DNA from: Thermoanaerobaculia bacterium
Lineage (GTDB): Bacteria > Acidobacteriota > Thermoanaerobaculia > Multivoradales > Multivoraceae
DNA: 64,000 nucleotides
Reading direction: 5' to 3'
Assembly (NCBI GenBank): GCA_963664405.1
Contig: OY761158.1
Span: forward strand, 3,008,001-3,072,000
A program made the position numbers and the translations under genes. Positions 10,511 through 20,913 of the stretch are shown piece by piece. Every line of letters begins with the position of its first letter. The stretch's first letter is position 1. The notes beneath the pieces are model-generated. The model was not told where the DNA came from. It saw only the letters and a program-made list of their open reading frames with translations, and did not search any database.

Positions 10511-11130
10511 TCTAGCTCGATTGAACGCCTATACTACGCCAGGGCGATGAAGAGGGAAGCCACTTGCTAAACACTCCAAGTTCACTTTCGGGCTCCGTCC
10601 AGGACGGTTCATCGATGCGCGAGAAGGTGTTGTGGCTAGTGCTGCTTGCCGTGGCTTGCGGGTCGCGGCTGTGGGATCTCGGTGCTCGAGTGATGACTCA
10701 CGACGAGAGCCTCCATGCCTTCTACTCCCTCGAGCTGCTGCGCCGTGGTCAGTACATTCATGACCCCACCTACCACGGTCCGCTGCTCTATCACTTGAAT
10801 AGTCTCGCCTTCTTCCTCTTCGGCGTAACCGATGCGACAGCTCGGCTGGTGCCGGTGTTGATGGGGCTCGGGCTCATCGGCGTTCTATGGTTCTATCGTT
10901 CTTGGCTGGGGAGTCGCGGCGCCCTCTTCGCCGCAGCGCTGTGTACGATCAGCCCGACTCTGCTCTTTTACAGCCGCCACGCCCGCAACGACATCTACAT
11001 CGCCTTCTTTGCCCTACTCTGGATCCTCGGGGCATTTCGCTATCTCGAGGACCGTCGGCGTCGATGGCTTTATTTGCTGACGGTAGGGATGGCGCTCTCG
11101 TTCATCACCAAAGAGGTGAGCTTCATCTTA

Positions 11131-13135
11131 GGGTCGGCGCGGAAATAAGTTTCCAGTATCTGGGGTGACCATACCACTGCCCCCTTCTTCAGCCACCGCA
11201 TAATCCTCCGGTACGCGCCTTGTTTGCAAGGTTTAGAGCTAGCATAGCCCTGCCCGCATTTGGTATAGTTTCCCCTGTCACCTCTTTTGGAAGGGGAACT
11301 ATACCAAATGGTACGAGCCGAAGATCGTGATGCAACAGTGCGCGAGCTCTTGATGAGCGAACAGATGGCCACCATGGATGAGCTCAAGGACGCCATGGGA
11401 ACCCGAGCCACCATGACGGTCTACCGTTCGCTGTCTCGATTGGGCTATTTGGCCAGCTACTCGGATCGAGGGCGGTTCTATACCTTGAACGAGATTCCCG
11501 ATTTCGACGATCTGGGTTTGTGGTCGTGCGGTTCGGCGAGGTTCAGTCGGCATGGCAGCCTCCTCGAAACTGCGGTGGCTGCCGTGGACCGGTCCGCTGC
11601 CGGCTATACGGCTTCTGAACTCGAGCTCCTGCTGCAGGTCGAGGTCAAGCACGCGATGTTGCACCTCGTTCGTCGCAAGAGAATCGTACGATCCAGAGTT
11701 GGGAAGAGGTTCGTATACTTGTGCTCGGAAACAGGGCGCCGTCGTCAGCAGAAGCTGATGCGCAACGAACGGCAGGCTCTCCAGGATGTAGCTGCCAGCC
11801 TCGTTCCAGAAGTGCTCCCCGAGGAGCTCAGGGCTGCCATCGTTTTATTCTTCAGCCTGCTAGACGAACGCCAGCGGCGGCTCTTCGCTGGCCTGGAAGC
11901 GACCAAGCTCGGGCATGGCGGCGACCGGAAGATCGCCGATCTTCTGGACCTGGACCCTCATACAGTCGCAAAAGGACGTCGCGAGCTCTTCGGCGGCTCC
12001 GTGGAGCGCGGAAGAGTTCGAAGAGCAGGCGGTGGCAACCAACGAGTGGAAAAAAAACGCCCGAGATAGTCGATGGAATCCATTCCATACTCGAGGCCGA
12101 TATAGCTGGTGATCCCATGTCATCAAAAAGATGGACGCACGAGACCGCTGCAAAGGTGGCCCAATGCCTTGCCGAACGCCTTGACATCATCGTATCGGCT
12201 ACGGTGGTGCGTCGATTGCTCGCAGACCTGAACTATTCCCTCAAGAGCAATAGGAAATGTCTGTCTTCGGGGAACTCCCCAGATCGTGATGCACAGTTCA
12301 AGGCCATCAAGCGACTGCGCGAGGATTTCACAAGCGCTGGCGACCCGATCATCAGCGTCGATACGAAGAAGAAGGAGCTGATCGGTCGGTTCAAGAACCA
12401 GGGACAGACATGGTGCCGCGAGGCCAAGCGGGTCAAGGATCACGACTTCCGGTCCGAAGCTCTCGCCATCGCCTCCCCCTATGGGATCTACGATCTTCAG
12501 AGGAACTTCGGCGTTCTCGTCCTCGGACAGTCGTCGGACACGCCGGAGTTCGCTGTCAACAGCATCGCGACCTGGTGGCTCAAATACGGTCGATCTCACT
12601 ATCCGGCGTCTCAGCGTCTCCTCATTCTTGCCGACAGCGGCGCAAGCAACGGCGCACGGCTTCGAGCCTGGAAGAAGTACCTCCAGGAGAAGCTCGTAGA
12701 CAAGTGCGGCCTCATCATCACCGTCGCCCACTATCCAACTGGCACCAGTAAATGGAATCCCATCGAGCACAGGATGTTCAGCGAGATCAGCAAGAACTGG
12801 GCCGGAGTTCCTCTCGAGAGTTTCGAGATCCTCGTCAACCTCGTCCGCAACACGACGACATCCACCGGACTGCGCGTCGAGCCGTGCCGTGATCAACGCC
12901 AATACCAGAAAGGAGTCAGGGTATCGGACAAGGAAATGCTGCAGCTCGCGGTGGCCAGGAGCGACTTCCTAGGAAAGTGGAACTACACCCTCTCGCCGAG
13001 ACCGCGAACCGAGCAGGAAGAGCTTGCCCCACAGCCTGGGCTCAGCTCACCACCACCTCCAATGCAGCGACCGCCCTGTGGCGCCTCGGCCTCACACGCT
13101 CCGGCGATAATGTGAAGTTATTTCCGCGCCGACCC
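11131..13135 (+). mobile_element. ISAzo13-family insertion sequence
   Basis: 18-bp perfect terminal IRs (GGGTCGGCGCGGAAATAA / TTATTTCCGCGCCGACCC) and a 3-bp TTA duplication (11128-11130, 13136-13138). Confidence 0.92.
11308..13115 (+). CDS. ISAzo13 (Rhodopirellula-type) transposase, two ORFs joined by a -1 frameshift
   Basis: ORF1 (LDERQRRLFAG...HGG) ends at an A8 run (12050-12057). The -1 frame continues with GDPMS, ISVDTKKKELIG, ADSGASN, HYPTGTSKWNPIEHRMFS and WNYT. Confidence 0.88.
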
Positions 13136-15912
13136 TTAGGGGCCACCATCGGCTCGTTCTTCGCCCTGCTGGCGCTGTCGCGGAGGGGCTCCGACGGCGG
13201 CGCTCGCTCACGAGCAGCCGGTGACATAGCCGTCCTTCTCCTCACCCTGGTCCTGCCTTTCACTGCCGGCTTCGGCTACGTCGCGCTGGGATGGAGTGTT
13301 CGAGATCCCCACACTTCGGCGGTCACCGCCCTTCGTGGTTCAGCGATGGTCGCGTCACTCTTTGCCGCCGGAGCGCTTCTTACCTGGCTCTGGGTCCGTT
13401 GGAAAGAACATTACGGCGACTCGGGCGGTTTGCGACTTGGGGGGTGGGTGAAGCTGGCCGCGGCCTTCTGGGGCTTGCAGGTCCTCTTTTTCACCACCCT
13501 CTTCACCAATCTGCGCGGCGGGTTGGTGAGCGGTATCGTCGGCAGCCTTGGCTATTGGCTCACTCAGCAGGAAGTCGCCCGAGGAAGCCAGCCTTGGTTC
13601 TACTACCTGATGATGGGCTCTCTGTACGAGTTTCTTCCTGCACTCGTCGCTCTGGCCGCGCTGCCGGTTGTCTTGCGGCGGGCAGCTCGACCCGGCTGGG
13701 AAGCGGTAGCGCGTGGGGACCTTCCCTCTGGCTCCAGAGTTGACGAAGAGGGGGCTTCAGGTCTGCGCCGAGACTTCATTCTCTTTCTTCTGTGGTGGAT
13801 CCTGGTAAGTCTTGCCGCCTACACGGTGGCGGGCGAGAAGATGCCCTGGCTGCTGACGCACATCACGCTTCCGATCTGCCTGCTGGCCGGTTGGAGTTGT
13901 GCCTGGCTGTGGGCGAGCACAGCACCGGTGCGCGGAAGGAACGGGTTGATTCTGGTCAGTAGCGGCCTTCTTCTCCCGGTGCTTGCGATGGCAGTGTTTT
14001 CCGGCGGGGCGTCGTCCGACGTCGCGGTCGAGGCGAGCGCCGAGACCCTCGAGCTGATCCTCCGCCTCGGCGTTTTGGTGGGCGTGGTGGTGTTGGCGTT
14101 GCGAGCAGCTTGGCGAGTGGGACTACCGCAGGCCGGCAGGCTCCTCTGCTGCGGACTCGTTGTCTTGCTCGGCGTGCTCACTGTCCGGACCAGCCTACGC
14201 CTGGCTTACTCCAACTACGACCAGCCCACCGAGCTCATCTCTTACGCCCAGGGTGCGCCCGATGTGAAGGAGGCGATGCGGGAGATCGAGCTCCTCAGCA
14301 AGCGCAGTGTCGGGGACCATGATCTTGTGGTCGCTTACGACGATCAGAGCTCGTGGCCGTTCGTTTGGTACCTCAGGGACTATCCCAAGAGTCGCACTTG
14401 GGCGACCAACGCCCAGTTTGCGGAGGGGGCGGCGGTGATACTCGTCGGGCCGAAGAACCGAGACGAGCTCTGGTCTCGGGTTGCCCAGGGGTACGTCAAG
14501 CGGCAGTATCGCTTGATCTGGTGGCCTCGCCAGGACTACGTGGGAGCAACCCTGGCCACTGCGTGGAATGTGCTGAAAGATCGGGAGGCGCGCCGCCGCA
14601 TTTGGCGTATCTTCATGCACCGAGACTATGGCGATGTCGATATGGTGAGGTGGGACCCTCGGCAGGAGTTCGACATGTACGTGCGAGAGGATCTTGTCGG
14701 CCTGGGGTACGCCGGGGGCCTCGGTCTCGGTGGTGGCGCCGATGCCCCGGCTGCGTCCTCTGTGAGCCAGCTTTCGATGACTCCCTTGCAAGTGATCTCC
14801 GGTCCCTTCGAGGATCGCGAGCTCGTGGCTCCGACCGATGTGGCGAGCGCGCCGGACGGAAGCCGCATTGTTGCCGATGCCGGCAACCATCGGATTCTTG
14901 TTCTGGCGCCTGACGGCAGCTTCCGCCGAGCGTTCGGGTCCCGCTGTGCGCTGCTGGACGACGGCGCGCCGGGGTGCTTCGACTCAGACGGAGGAGGGCC
15001 TCTCGAGGTAGGAGACGGCCAGTTCAACGAGCCCTGGGGCGTCGGCGTGGGTGAGTCGGGGAGTATCTACGTCGCCGATACCTGGAACCACCGTGTCCAG
15101 GCCTTCGACAGCGCAGGGCGCTTCCGGGCCAAGTGGGGCGACTTCGGAAACCCCTCTCCGGACTCCGAAGCTGAGCCCCTTTTCTACGGGCCGCGTGGCG
15201 TCAGCCTCGATCCTGCCGGCAACATCGTTGTTTCCGACACCGGCAACAAGCGTCTCTTGGTCTTCACCGAGGAAGGATCTCTTACGCGCGCTCTGGGTCG
15301 CGGTGGCCCCGGATTCGACAGCTTCGACGAGCCGGTGGGCGTTGCCTTGGACAGTAACGGCACCTTCCTGGTGGCGGACACCTGGAATCAGCGGGTGAAG
15401 AGAATAGACAGTCGGTTCGCTACCCTTGCGGCCTGGCGGGTGCCGGTCTCAGACAGTCGAGAGGTCGCGGACAAGGCATTCATCGCCGTCGACCCTTACG
15501 GTTATATCTACCTCGGCGATCCGGCAGCCGGTCGCGTCTTGATCCTTAGCCCCGGTGGGCAGTTGCGGGCGAGCTTCGTCTTGCCGGAAACGGACGCTGG
15601 TCCCCCACGCCCGACTGGCATGGCGGTGGATGCCGCTTCCAACCAGCTTTTGGTCGTCGACAATGCCGGCAACCGGGTCCTCGTCTACCCCCTCTACGAC
15701 GAAGACTCCGAGGCTGGGGTCTCGCAGTAGGCCGCGTAGGCGTTGCTGGGGCCACCCACGGAGCGCCCCCTCTCCCCTTCACGCCTCTGCTCGACTCGGC
15801 AGGCTGCACCCAGGATCTACGTGTCTAGACCAGCGTTTCCAAAGTTCGCGCACACATCTCGGCCCCTCCTGCCGCACCCCGCTCCCCTCCGGCCCCTTCG
15901 CGACAGAGTCAC

Positions 15913-17316
15913 CTACGCCGAGCGGAGGAAGGCGCCGCCGTTGACGTAGTCGGAGCGGTTGATCGTCGGCTCGTCGCCTTCGCCGACGAGGCGGTCGACC
16001 ACCTCGACGCCCTGCATGAAGCTGTGATCCTGGTTCGAGACCTCGTACTTCCAGGCGCCGAAGCGGCCTCTGGAATAAACGTCTCTCTGCTCCAGCCAGG
16101 GGATGAGCCGGTCGAGGACCTCTGTACGTCCGAGAAAGGGCGTGGGGTAGCCATGCTCTTCGCGATGGTGCCAGAAACTGACGACCTCGGTGGGCTCCTC
16201 GAAGAGCCCATCGCGACGCATCGCTTCGATCGTCCACCGCTCGAGGTCGCTCGCGTCGACGGGCTTGTGACTCGACTCACAGACCTCCGCCATCAGCGAC
16301 CAATAGCCGTCTCCCTGCGGGGCGTTATTGGGTGAGTAATTGGTAAAGACAGTCACCCGATAATAGGGACTGTGATCCTCGGGAAAATACATCCAGCACT
16401 TCTTCGCGAGGGTGTCGGGCTTGGGGCCTTTGAGCCCAACACCCAAGATATGGACCGAGCTGTGGGTGAGAGCCTTGGCGGTCGAGTCCAGCTCCGGCTC
16501 GCGGCCGTCGCACATCTGCCAAAGAGTGTCGAGGGGCAGAGTCGTGATGAGCTTGTCCCAGGGTAATTGCTCGCCACTCGCCAGCTTCAAAGTGCGAGCG
16601 TCGAGGTCCACGCTCTCGACCCAGGCTCCGTAACGCTGGCGATTTTCGGGAAGCAGACCGGCAACCGAAGTCCAGATAGCTCCGGTACCTCCGTGGAGCG
16701 GAAAGCGGAGGCGATTGTTCGGCCCCCAGGAGACGTCGTCGCTCATCTCTTCGATGTTGCGCTCTACCCGTTCGACGTCGGGGACCGCCACTCTTTCGCC
16801 CATCCAATCGACTCCCATGCTCTCGAGGGGGTGACCCCATACCTTGAAGTTGTAGGGAAAGAGGAAGGAGTCAGCGATTCCGGTGCCGAAAGTTTGCAGA
16901 ATCCACTGTCGGAAGTTCTCCGGCCTTGCTTTGCTGGTAGTCGCTGCAGCCTGTCGCAGACCGTCGAGACCACGGTCTCGCTCGTCGGCCGGCAGACGGT
17001 GGATGTTGTTTTGGAAGGGATAGGGGACCCAGCGCTCGCGAATCCACACCCACGATTCTCGTTCGTGCTCGAGCCAGCCGCCGGTGACAGCCTGGTCGAG
17101 AACGTCGTCGTAGTAGGAATAGTGTGAGAACTGAACATGTCCGCCCACGTCCCAAGTGAAGCCGGCCTCGTCGACGAAGCTGGTGGCCAATCCGCCAGGG
17201 CCGCCTCGCCCTTCCACGACCAGATAGTCCTCGAGGCCTAGATCTCGAAGCCGCCAGGCGGCTCCTAGGCCAGTGGGACCCGCTCCAAGAATGAGAATCC
17301 GGCCCGGATCTTTCAC
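15913..17316 (-). CDS. UDP-galactopyranose mutase-like flavoprotein (eukaryote-type)
   Basis: GTG start overlaps the upstream stop. GAGPTGLGAA, DVGGHVQFSHY, VPYPFQNNI, WMGERVA and SRGRFGAWKYEVSNQDHSFMQGVE match fungal/trypanosomatid UGM motifs. Confidence 0.8.
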   Translation of the reverse strand: MKDPGRILILGAGPTGLGAAWRLRDLGLEDYLVVEGRGGPGGLATSFVDEAGFTWDVGGHVQFSHYSYYDDVLDQAVTGGWLEHERESWVWIRERWVPYPFQNNIHRLPADERDRGLDGLRQAAATTSKARPENFRQWILQTFGTGIADSFLFPYNFKVWGHPLESMGVDWMGERVAVPDVERVERNIEEMSDDVSWGPNNRLRFPLHGGTGAIWTSVAGLLPENRQRYGAWVESVDLDARTLKLASGEQLPWDKLITTLPLDTLWQMCDGREPELDSTAKALTHSSVHILGVGLKGPKPDTLAKKCWMYFPEDHSPYYRVTVFTNYSPNNAPQGDGYWSLMAEVCESSHKPVDASDLERWTIEAMRRDGLFEEPTEVVSFWHHREEHGYPTPFLGRTEVLDRLIPWLEQRDVYSRGRFGAWKYEVSNQDHSFMQGVEVVDRLVGEGDEPTINRSDYVNGGAFLRSA

Positions 17317-18036
17317 CGACTGCGCTTTCGAGAGAAGGCGACACCTATCGTTTGCGCTAGCGAGCGCGCCGCGGGGCGAAGGATGTTGAAGCTCACCAGC
17401 GACCCTCCTCCATGGCGTCGGCCAAGGAAAGCGACGGGGGTCTCGTAGATGCGAAGACCCGCCTTCGCGGCCAGGCCCGAGAGGATGACGTTTGGAGCGA
17501 AGAGGTCGTCGGAGAGGCCGGCGAGCAGAGGGCTCAGGGCGTCGGAACGCATCAGGCGGAAGGGTGTGTTGACATCGCTCACTCCGCGGGCGAAGAGCAG
17601 CCACACGCTGAGTCTGGAGACTCTCGTCACCAGCCACCGTGCTGGTGAGGATTGACGGCCCGCCCTGATGCCGAAGAGAAAATCGTAGTCGTCTCTTTGC
17701 TTCCACAGTTCGGCAAAGCCGCCAACATCCATCTCCCCGTCGCTGTCGGTCTGGAAGACCCAGGGAGCCGACGCCTCGCGGTAGCCGCGAAGAATCGTGG
17801 GGCCGTGGCCCCTGTTTTCGTGGCGCGTCACAACCAGTCGTGGGTTTTCTTCAGCAAGGCTCGAGAGAACATCAGGGGTGGCATCCTTGGGAGCCGTCGT
17901 CATAGACGCGGATCTCGTAGTCGATGCCTAGGCGGTCAAGCTCGTCTGTCCACTCCCCGAGTGCTTCTCCAATGGCCGCTGCCTCGTTGTACACGGGCAT
18001 CACCACGGAAAGTGCAGGAGAAGCGGCGGCGGTCAT
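17313..18036 (-). CDS. GT2 glycosyltransferase (polyprenol-phosphate sugar synthase-like), with a +1 frameshift near 17890
   Basis: LSVVMPVYNEA...YDDGS in one frame and KDATP..NRGHG..QTDSDG..DVNTPFRL in the next. One extra C in a CC run explains the shift. Confidence 0.85.
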
Positions 18037-18111
18037 GTTTGGAATGGACGACTAAGGCGTGTCGGTAGCGTGGAATGCGTCGAAAGGGGGGCGCAGCACT
18101 GGCAGGACAAG

Positions 18112-18150
18112 AAAAAGGCGCCAGGGGCTCGATACGAGCTCCCTGGCGCC
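18112..18150 (-). terminator. Rho-independent terminator
   Basis: GGCGCCAGGG..CCCTGGCGCC hairpin followed by a T-run on the minus strand, just after the IPTL-CTERM gene stop. Confidence 0.75.
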
Positions 18151-18173
18151 GGTAATTCTAGCAGTTACCGAGT

Positions 18174-19119
18174 CTACTGCCGCTGCCGGATCAGAACTGC
18201 AACCGCGATCCCCATGAGCAGCAAGATCATCAGAGCCATTCCGGATCCCGACAGAGTCGGTATCTCGTAGAGAGGCTCCACTGTCGGTGTAATCGTCGGT
18301 GTGTTCGTAACCGTCGGGGTGTTCGTTGCCGTCGAGGTGCTCGTCGCTGTCGGCGTGTTCGTCGGCGTGTTCGTCGGCGTGTTCGTCGGTGTTGGCGTTG
18401 TGAGTACCGTTATGGTGAAGTCGCAATTCTCAGTGAGGTTGTACGACGAGCTATTCGTCTCTTCCCATGAGCTGTCCGTGTCCCGAAGGGCGCCGTCCGG
18501 AATCGGGTTGTGTTTGCTTTGTGCAGGTCCAGGCTCGCTCGTATCGCGGTCATAGGTAAACGACACAGGCCCCGAACGGGAGTGTTGCCACGTTGTCGTA
18601 GACCAGCGTGGTCGCAAACTCCGCCAGGGGATTGCCCTCGCTGCACTGACGGACCCGAAACATGTCATAGCAGACTCCGGGCCCGGCGCCATTGTTGCAA
18701 TCGTTGCCTGCCGGGTCGTGCAGCTCCTGTAGGAACTGCGATGTACCATTGACATCATAAGCGTTGATTCCGGCGACGTTCGTCGTCGACAGACTGAAGT
18801 TGAGGTCTGCGAGCGCGGCGCCAAGGGTCGTAGGATCGAGTGGGTTCTGCGTCGAATCGTCGGTGGTGTCGAGAAAGACCGAAAACGCGGGAATCTTTTT
18901 GTAGGTGTCGTCCGGGCCGCCAGAGCCATCCTTACAGTTGTGATCGGCCGTGTCGAAGGTTACAAACAGTCGTTGATTGAAGGCATCATAGGTGAACTCT
19001 GTGTTCAGAGGCTCGCCCACGTCCGCCATGGCAGACGACGCGAACATCAGCACGAGAGCTATCGAGAAGAAAAGAGCGGCTCTCGGCCCATGATGTCTCT
19101 TGGAGTTGTCGTTACTCAT
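18174..19119 (-). CDS. Secreted protein with Thr/Pro-rich linker and IPTL-CTERM sorting signal (frameshift near 18558)
   Basis: Signal peptide ending ASSAMA. C-terminus TPTNTPTNTPT...YEIPTLSGSG, then a TM helix and RQRQ. Deleting one T joins CVV|TYDRD. Confidence 0.8.
18285..18400. repeat. Tandem 12-bp coding repeat GTCGGCGTGTTC (TPTN)n
   Basis: Three exact copies around 18349-18384 plus degenerate flanking copies. Confidence 0.85.
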
Positions 19120-19403
19120 AGTCTGTTCCGCCTCCGAAGTTTCACGTCGCAAGGTCCGCGTTCCGCTTGTCTTGGTAGTAAGTTCACAATTCCCCGCCCT
19201 TTCGTTACCAGTGTCAAGTGACTAAGCAGCTACAGTCAACAGATTGAGCAGAAACGAATAGTACAGCAGGAAACGCTTCGGAATCAACTAAGATCTTGCC
19301 AAATTCGCAAACAGCCAGCACCGCTTAGTGGGCGCATCCTAATTCTCTATCGTCAAGAAAACGTCAGGAGATCAGCGGTGTGTTCGCCTTACGTCGAGCT
19401 CCG

Positions 19404-20849
19404 TCAAGGACAATCGAACGCCTGCAGGTGTTGCAGCGGCGGCGCCGGATTCAGGTCCGTGTTGCAATAGGTGACGGACTCCCCGGTCTGTGTGTCGACC
19501 ACTGTCGTCTCAAAGCCGACGTTGGTGCCGGCGGTGTAGAACACCCACTTCTTGCCGTTGATGCCGCAGCCATCGAGCACCTTGATCAGCATCTCGGGAT
19601 TGTCGCCCGAGAAGAAGGTCATCAGACCGCCACGCGCCACGCCCACAGAAGCCAGCGCCAGGACCTGGCCGGAGCCGGCGACCCCCCCGGCCTGAGTGGT
19701 CTCGAAGTCGACGTTGATCTGAAATCGCTTGTCGCCGGGTTGATCGTCGATACACAGCGTGGTCATGTCCGGCACACAACTGCTCGGAGCCCCGGCCAAG
19801 GAGCGCTCGAAGTCGTTCTCGAAGTCGAAGGCGGCGGCAACCGCTTCGTACACCGGCCCGTCGCTGCCGTCACAGGGGAACGCCATGAGATCCTGAACCG
19901 GAGGAGCCGCCTCCAAGTCCGGGTTGAGATAGATCGCCGCCCGTCTGGTCTGAGTGTCGATCACGGTGGTTTCGAGGCCGACGTTGGTGCCTGCGGTGTA
20001 AAACACCCACTTATGGCCGTTGATCCCGCAGCCATCGAGCACCTTGATCAGCATTTCCGGATTGTCGGGCGAAAAGAAGGTCATCAGGCCGCCACGAGAG
20101 ATGCCAAGGGCGGTGAGAGGTACGGCCTGTCCGAAGCCTGAAAGACCCCCGGCCTGCGACGTCGAGAACTCGGTCTCGATCTCGAAGCGACCGTCGTCGG
20201 GCTCATCGTCGATGCAGAGGGTGTTGCCGCCCGCTTCACAGGGCTCCGGCGGGGCCAACTCCAGGAATTTGGCGCGGATGCCCAGGGCCCTGTATCTGGA
20301 GTCGATGCCATTGGGGCCGAGCTTCCGGTGCGGGCTCGGATCCTGGAGCGACGAGATATAGGCCGGCTCTCCTCCAGGGCCGTTGGTGTCCATGCACCAA
20401 CCTACTGAGAACTCGGACGGATCCCACTCCACACCCACGAAAACCCGCTCGTTGGTATCAATCGCGAGTACGGACACGTCGTAGGAAAAAAAGCCCGTTT
20501 GGGGAAGCTGGGGAACCGCGACCGCCTCGAGCATGGGGAGAGAGTCGATCAACGCCCCGGGCGAGCCGTCGGGAGCTTCGCTGTAGACCTTGATTGCGAA
20601 TTGGAGACCGGGGTCCTGGCCGCCTTCCGGCCGCGTCCAGCAGACACACACTTCCTGGAGTCGCTGCAGCCCAGGAGGCGGAGAAACGCGCATCGTGGTC
20701 TCCCAGCTGGACACGCTCGCCGACGGTAGAAAGGCCAGCTCGAAGGTACCATCGTCTCTTACGATGCCATCAGCACAGTCGCTCTGCCCGGCTAGGGCCA
20801 CGGCCGGGAGGAGGAGCCCGATCGCCAAGATGGCCATTCGTTCGTTCAT
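19404..20849 (-). CDS. Secreted hypothetical protein with two tandem ~115-aa Cys-containing C-terminal domains
   Basis: Signal peptide, then two copies of TLCIDD.P.D.RF...GGLMTFFS.DNPEMLIKVLDGCGING.KWVFYTAGTNVG.ETTV.DTQT. Confidence 0.8.
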   Translation of the reverse strand: MNERMAILAIGLLLPAVALAGQSDCADGIVRDDGTFELAFLPSASVSSWETTMRVSPPPGLQRLQEVCVCWTRPEGGQDPGLQFAIKVYSEAPDGSPGALIDSLPMLEAVAVPQLPQTGFFSYDVSVLAIDTNERVFVGVEWDPSEFSVGWCMDTNGPGGEPAYISSLQDPSPHRKLGPNGIDSRYRALGIRAKFLELAPPEPCEAGGNTLCIDDEPDDGRFEIETEFSTSQAGGLSGFGQAVPLTALGISRGGLMTFFSPDNPEMLIKVLDGCGINGHKWVFYTAGTNVGLETTVIDTQTRRAAIYLNPDLEAAPPVQDLMAFPCDGSDGPVYEAVAAAFDFENDFERSLAGAPSSCVPDMTTLCIDDQPGDKRFQINVDFETTQAGGVAGSGQVLALASVGVARGGLMTFFSGDNPEMLIKVLDGCGINGKKWVFYTAGTNVGFETTVVDTQTGESVTYCNTDLNPAPPLQHLQAFDCP

Positions 20850-20913
20850 GAAGGTATGGTACCGCGCCATCGTCCGCGATAGAAAACTCTGGCTCAGGAG
20901 CGTTGCGTGCTCC

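Larger units (their letters stand above)
10615..15730 (+). pseudogene. TIGR03663-family GT-C membrane protein fused to an NHL beta-propeller, interrupted by ISAzo13
   Basis: N-half has HDESLHA, HDPTYHGP, YSRHARNDI and TKE. Removing 11131-13138 restores EVSFIL|GATIGSFF in frame. C-half has AGEKMPWL, SWPFVWYLRDY and repeated F.EP.GV...YVADTWNHRVQ NHL repeats. Confidence 0.85.

Noticed and set aside
17317-17706. N-terminal extension of the 597-aa ORF
   Set aside because: It overlaps the GT2 gene; the real start is the GTG at 17316.
18285-18400. Short tandem repeats as a possible CRISPR array
   Set aside because: They are 12-bp coding repeats with no spacers, and there are no cas genes in the window.
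19404-20240. Near-identical repeats as DGR template and variable regions
   Set aside because: Both copies are in-frame coding, and the differences are not adenine-specific.
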